This document shows positions 60,283 through 64,000 of a stretch of DNA of 64,000 nt, in pieces. Position 1 is the first letter of the stretch. Each line of letters opens with the position of its first letter. The translations under genes and the position numbers were made by a program. The stretch is taken from assembly GCA_001662655.1 (NCBI GenBank), contig KV460233.1, one strand, 5' to 3'. A model generated the notes under the pieces. The model made no database searches. It was given only the letters and a program-made list of their open reading frames with translations, and was not told the origin of the DNA. The stretch is from Pseudogymnoascus verrucosus (taxonomy: Eukaryota).

Positions 60283-61777
60283 CTACCAATCCTTCACTTC
60301 ATGTCTGTCATCATGTTCAACACCTCCAGCAGCCCCCCTAGCATTTTTAATCTCCCACTCAAACTCCTTTAACGCCCTGAGCTCGCTCCCAACAAATAGT
60401 CCTCCGATCAAACCATCAATTACCCCAGCGCTCAAACCCAATGTGGATAGCAGCATGAGCAAGAAGGACACAAAGTTCCTCGGAGACCACCATATGGCAA
60501 TAAGACAGCCGATGGAGATGACAAGAGACCCAATAAAGTGGTACAATCTCCATCGCCGCTGCTTCCCTTCTCGGAGCGTGTAGGAATAGATCATTTCCAA
60601 TATCTCATCATATGTCGAGGGCGGGAGATACGAAACACTCAAAGACCTATACTTCTCGGATCCACTTTCTGTATGGCCATGTGTGACCGGTGGGCTGGAA
60701 AGCGCCACATTACTCTCCTGACCTGCAATACCACTCCATCGGAGTGTAGCTCCGACCGAAAAATGATCACTGAGAGAGCATTGAAATGTAGGATGCGGCT
60801 CCGTCATGCCAACATAAGCAGACTCCACTACCCACGCCCCAGCCTCTCCGTGCCTCTTCCCATCACCTGCAAAGATGTAATCAAGTCGCTTGGCCTTTGG
60901 ATCGCTAGTACTGAGCGGTATGGTAATGGCAGGTTTCCCCGGGCCCAACTTTTGCTGCTTTTCCTTGCTCCATCTCCACGTATTCAGCACACTGTCACAG
61001 GTAATACCGTTTTCGCTCAGGTTCATCGCAGCAGTTGGGACGCCTCGCATCCTGGCTTTCTCACTCTTGTCGATCGCTGCTCCTAGACTAGAATCTGGGT
61101 GCAGTGCCCGCCATACGTCTTGGACAGGTGCATGTGACGTGACTAGGCGATGGGCTAATGAGAGTGGAATCATATTAAAGTCTCCCAGAGCTATGGCAAG
61201 GTGACCGCGGTCTGCTGCCCCTCGGATGAGTTTTGCAATTTCCCATGCCTGAGCGGTCCTGTGGCAAATATAGGAGTCATGTGGCTCGACTTCGTAAGGA
61301 GCATGGAGCTGGGACCGTGTTAGTAGGTTGATAAACAAGGAAGGGGATAGACTGTACATGAGTTGTAAACACTTCGACAATATCCTTAGGACCTGAACCT
61401 ATGCGAATTCTTGCGCAGGCAACACCCTTTCCGACGTACCAATCTCCCCTGAAAAATGCAGTTGGCCGCCCATTAAGTCGATATGGCACCATGGAACTCT
61501 CCTCTATGGGCCATTTTGACAATATGGCAAGACCTGCTCCAAAGATTCCACCGTAGTACAATTTACCATATGGCAATATATGGCGAGTTTCCTTTCGGAT
61601 CGCTACATAGTCCTCGTGGGTCCAGAGTTCTTGGAGCCCAACGATTTGAGGTGTAGGCTCGGCGGTGACAATACGCTTCCCAATTTCCAAAAGCCGCTCA
61701 TGTTGAAGCGTCGAGATATACTTGAGCCCCCAGCAGTTGAGGGTTAATATGTGAAGCTCCTCAGGCGTGGAAGCCAT
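60283..61777 (-). CDS. ISC1: Inositol phosphosphingolipid phospholipase C (neutral sphingomyelinase family); complement join(61358..61777, 60283..61308)
   Basis: 'LTLNCWGLKY', 'GLQELW', 'LNGRPTAFFRGDWYVGKG', 'GDFN', 'KRLDYIF', 'SLSDHF', two C-terminal TM helices. Confidence 0.92.
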
Positions 61778-62495
61778 TTCGACAGCTATGCTTGGAAGTG
61801 GCGTTGGCTGATATGGGATATATGGTGGCATAAGACCTTTCAAGAGCAATTGCTGTTTCTTCTTCAAATCAGTAGAAAGGCTTATTGCTGGCAATAGTTT
61901 AGATAAACAAAATAACTGAAGAAAGTAACGGGGCTCTGGAATACAAACTTGCGAAGATATGGCACGGGATTTGGAGTCTGGAGTACGTTGCGAGAACATG
62001 GCCTCGACGCGCCAAGAAGGTCATAGCTCCGCCCCGCCAACGCCACCCACCTTCAACAAACTTTCGAACGTCATCCAAGTTGCTGGCTATGAAGGAAGTC
62101 ACCAACACGCTTTTATCTATTATCCTTATATTTTTTGAGAATATGTATAGGAGACACATCGGATTGAATGTAGATACTGATAATTATATCTTGGGATCTC
62201 TCTCTCCTATTTACTTTTTCGTGTATTACGCTCCAATGAAGTTAATTTGTATGATAATCACAATCATTGGCTTTCTCAAAGATTCCTCGTCCAATAGGCT
62301 TTATATGAGACATTTTTTTAAATTTTACTTTTAGCTAATAATAATCATTGAAGCAGGTTCATCTATCTAACCCAACTCCCAGCCCAGCCTTCACTCGTTG
62401 CCGCATGAAAGCTGTCCATTTAGTCTCTCATCTCTCATATTTATATAATTATATAAACTGCACTCCGATACACCCCGTTCCAACCCACAAACTAA

Positions 62496-64000
62496 CTATA
62501 TAGTTTCCCATCCTCCATTGTTGATATCCTGTTCCAGCTTCCGGCTAATTACACTGGGAATTCCGTGCTGAAGCCACGTGTTCCTCAATAATGCATCATA
62601 ACGCTTCTGATGGAGGTGAAGCTGTCGTCCATGGCGGAGACCTGGATCAACCTCGCCGAATTTGTCAATGTACGGTGCCACCATCCAGCTGCCAGAGTTA
62701 TGATGTAGGTAAAAGACTGTGCACTTCCGAATATTAATGAAGAGGCCAATGTGAATTTGGCACCTAAAGCACGTTACTAATGTTTCACAAAAATGTATGC
62801 GGACACTACTTACTTCCTCATGTGCTGTTGTGCACCACCAATCTTGGCAGAAGGTTTGCCTCTCGTCTTGGGTTCTTCTTTCAGGCAGCACATTGCTTGA
62901 CCGCAAAAGATTGTACCGCAGAATAAACAAAGCATGGGGTCTGTAAGATCTTTGCCGGTGGTCGGGCAGCGTCCTTTCATTGTCTCCTCCATCAGCGTAT
63001 CGTAGTTCTTGGGCAATCCGATAAGCTCGAAAATGGTAGGATGAGAAACAGAGATGTCTTTGGCCTTTTGGTCGGATTTTCCCTCTTCGGGAGTATTCTT
63101 TGTTTGCCAAGCGAAGTGGGCATGAATCCACCCCCAAATAATGTGTTGCGTGGTGGAGATATCATCGTATGACAAGTTATCGTCATTGTCAATGATATCG
63201 TCTATCTTGGCTGTGCTCTTTTGGCCAATAAGGTCACATATCTCGTCAAACGAAGGCAGTCGTAGGGCCTCAGAAAGACGTCCCAACTCATCATCAGAAT
63301 TATGGGGGAAGAAGCTGTTGAAATCCGTCCCATATCGAATATACAGTAACAGAGATGCTTTGCGGAGGAACACAAGAGCGTACTTCTTCACGAATTCCTT
63401 GCAGTCATCAATGCCGCTGAAGCACTCTTGATCAAATCCTTCCAACTTATCATCGGACTCTTCGAAGGGCTGCGCATTGCCCAAGCCTAGCATAACCCTG
63501 TGCCTCATATCTAGCTTTGTGATATATGAGCAAGCACGTTGGAACGAGTTATCCTCTTGAGCTTCCTGGTCATTGAGAAGGCCAGCCCAAGACAGCCACT
63601 TCGCGGCGGGTGTGTTGCGTGCCATGGCCAAAACCACCTTGACAATCTCCGCAACGTAGCAAAGACGTAAAATATGCATAATATCAAGGTCGAGAACCGG
63701 AGCCAAGCAGAGCGATGTTTCCGTGAGGAAGTTGAAAATGTCACAGTTGAACAACGGATAGTGGTCTCTCTCCTCAGAATGCGACCTCAATGCTTGAGGG
63801 TATCCGCAGAAAAGCTGTTCAAGTTGGCGATCATAGGCATTCGTGAATGCAGCTGCTGTCGGGTTGTTGCCGTCGTTCTTCAACCCTCCAATGGCTACGT
63901 AAGAAGCCGCCGTCTCTGAAAGAATTCGTAAATGAGTCAGGCTCTGTTGTGGAACCTTCTCTATGAAAGTTGAACCGCTCTCTGAATCAACGCCGCGCTG
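62496..64000 (-). CDS. UBR1: N-end rule E3 ubiquitin ligase Ubr1, 3' part (gene continues beyond window); intron 62764..62813
   Basis: 'HPTIFELIGLPKNYDTL', 'CPTTGKDLTDPMLCLFCGTIFCGQ', 'APYIDKFGEVDPGLR', 'ISRKLEQDINNGGWETI*'. Confidence 0.92.

Overview
Intron-containing filamentous ascomycete DNA. The gene set and style suggest a Leotiomycete such as Pseudogymnoascus, which is an inference. Most of the window is conserved housekeeping genes: ATG22, MED14, a small HSP, cytosolic TyrRS, SRC1/HEH1, a GH16 CRH transglycosylase, adenylate cyclase, QRI7, a PIL1/LSP1-family gene, PRE2, a GT90/CAP10 glycosyltransferase, tRNA-Gly(TCC), intron-containing tRNA-Gln(TTG), UTP18, OCT1, MIC26/27, a RED-like protein, a nucleoside hydrolase, ISC1 and the 3' end of UBR1. 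Two accessory segments stand out. (1) 1-10.3 kb holds a head-to-head pair 329 bp apart. One gene is a spliced ~2,540-aa mosaic C2H2 zinc-finger protein that seems to carry fragments of several unrelated conserved fungal proteins. The other is a ~680-aa protein with a HeLo-like N-terminus and a kinase-C-lobe-like C-terminus. This is a candidate sensor (integrated decoy) plus cell-death executor system. (2) 17.5-21.3 kb is an AT-richer island with a chimeric repeat/SDR-fragment ORF, an atypical 8-Cys hydrophobin, a 5x46-bp array upstream of it and a truncated Tc1/IS630-type transposase. Exon boundaries were read by eye from GT-AG and branch-site signals. Family names come from remembered motifs, not database searches.
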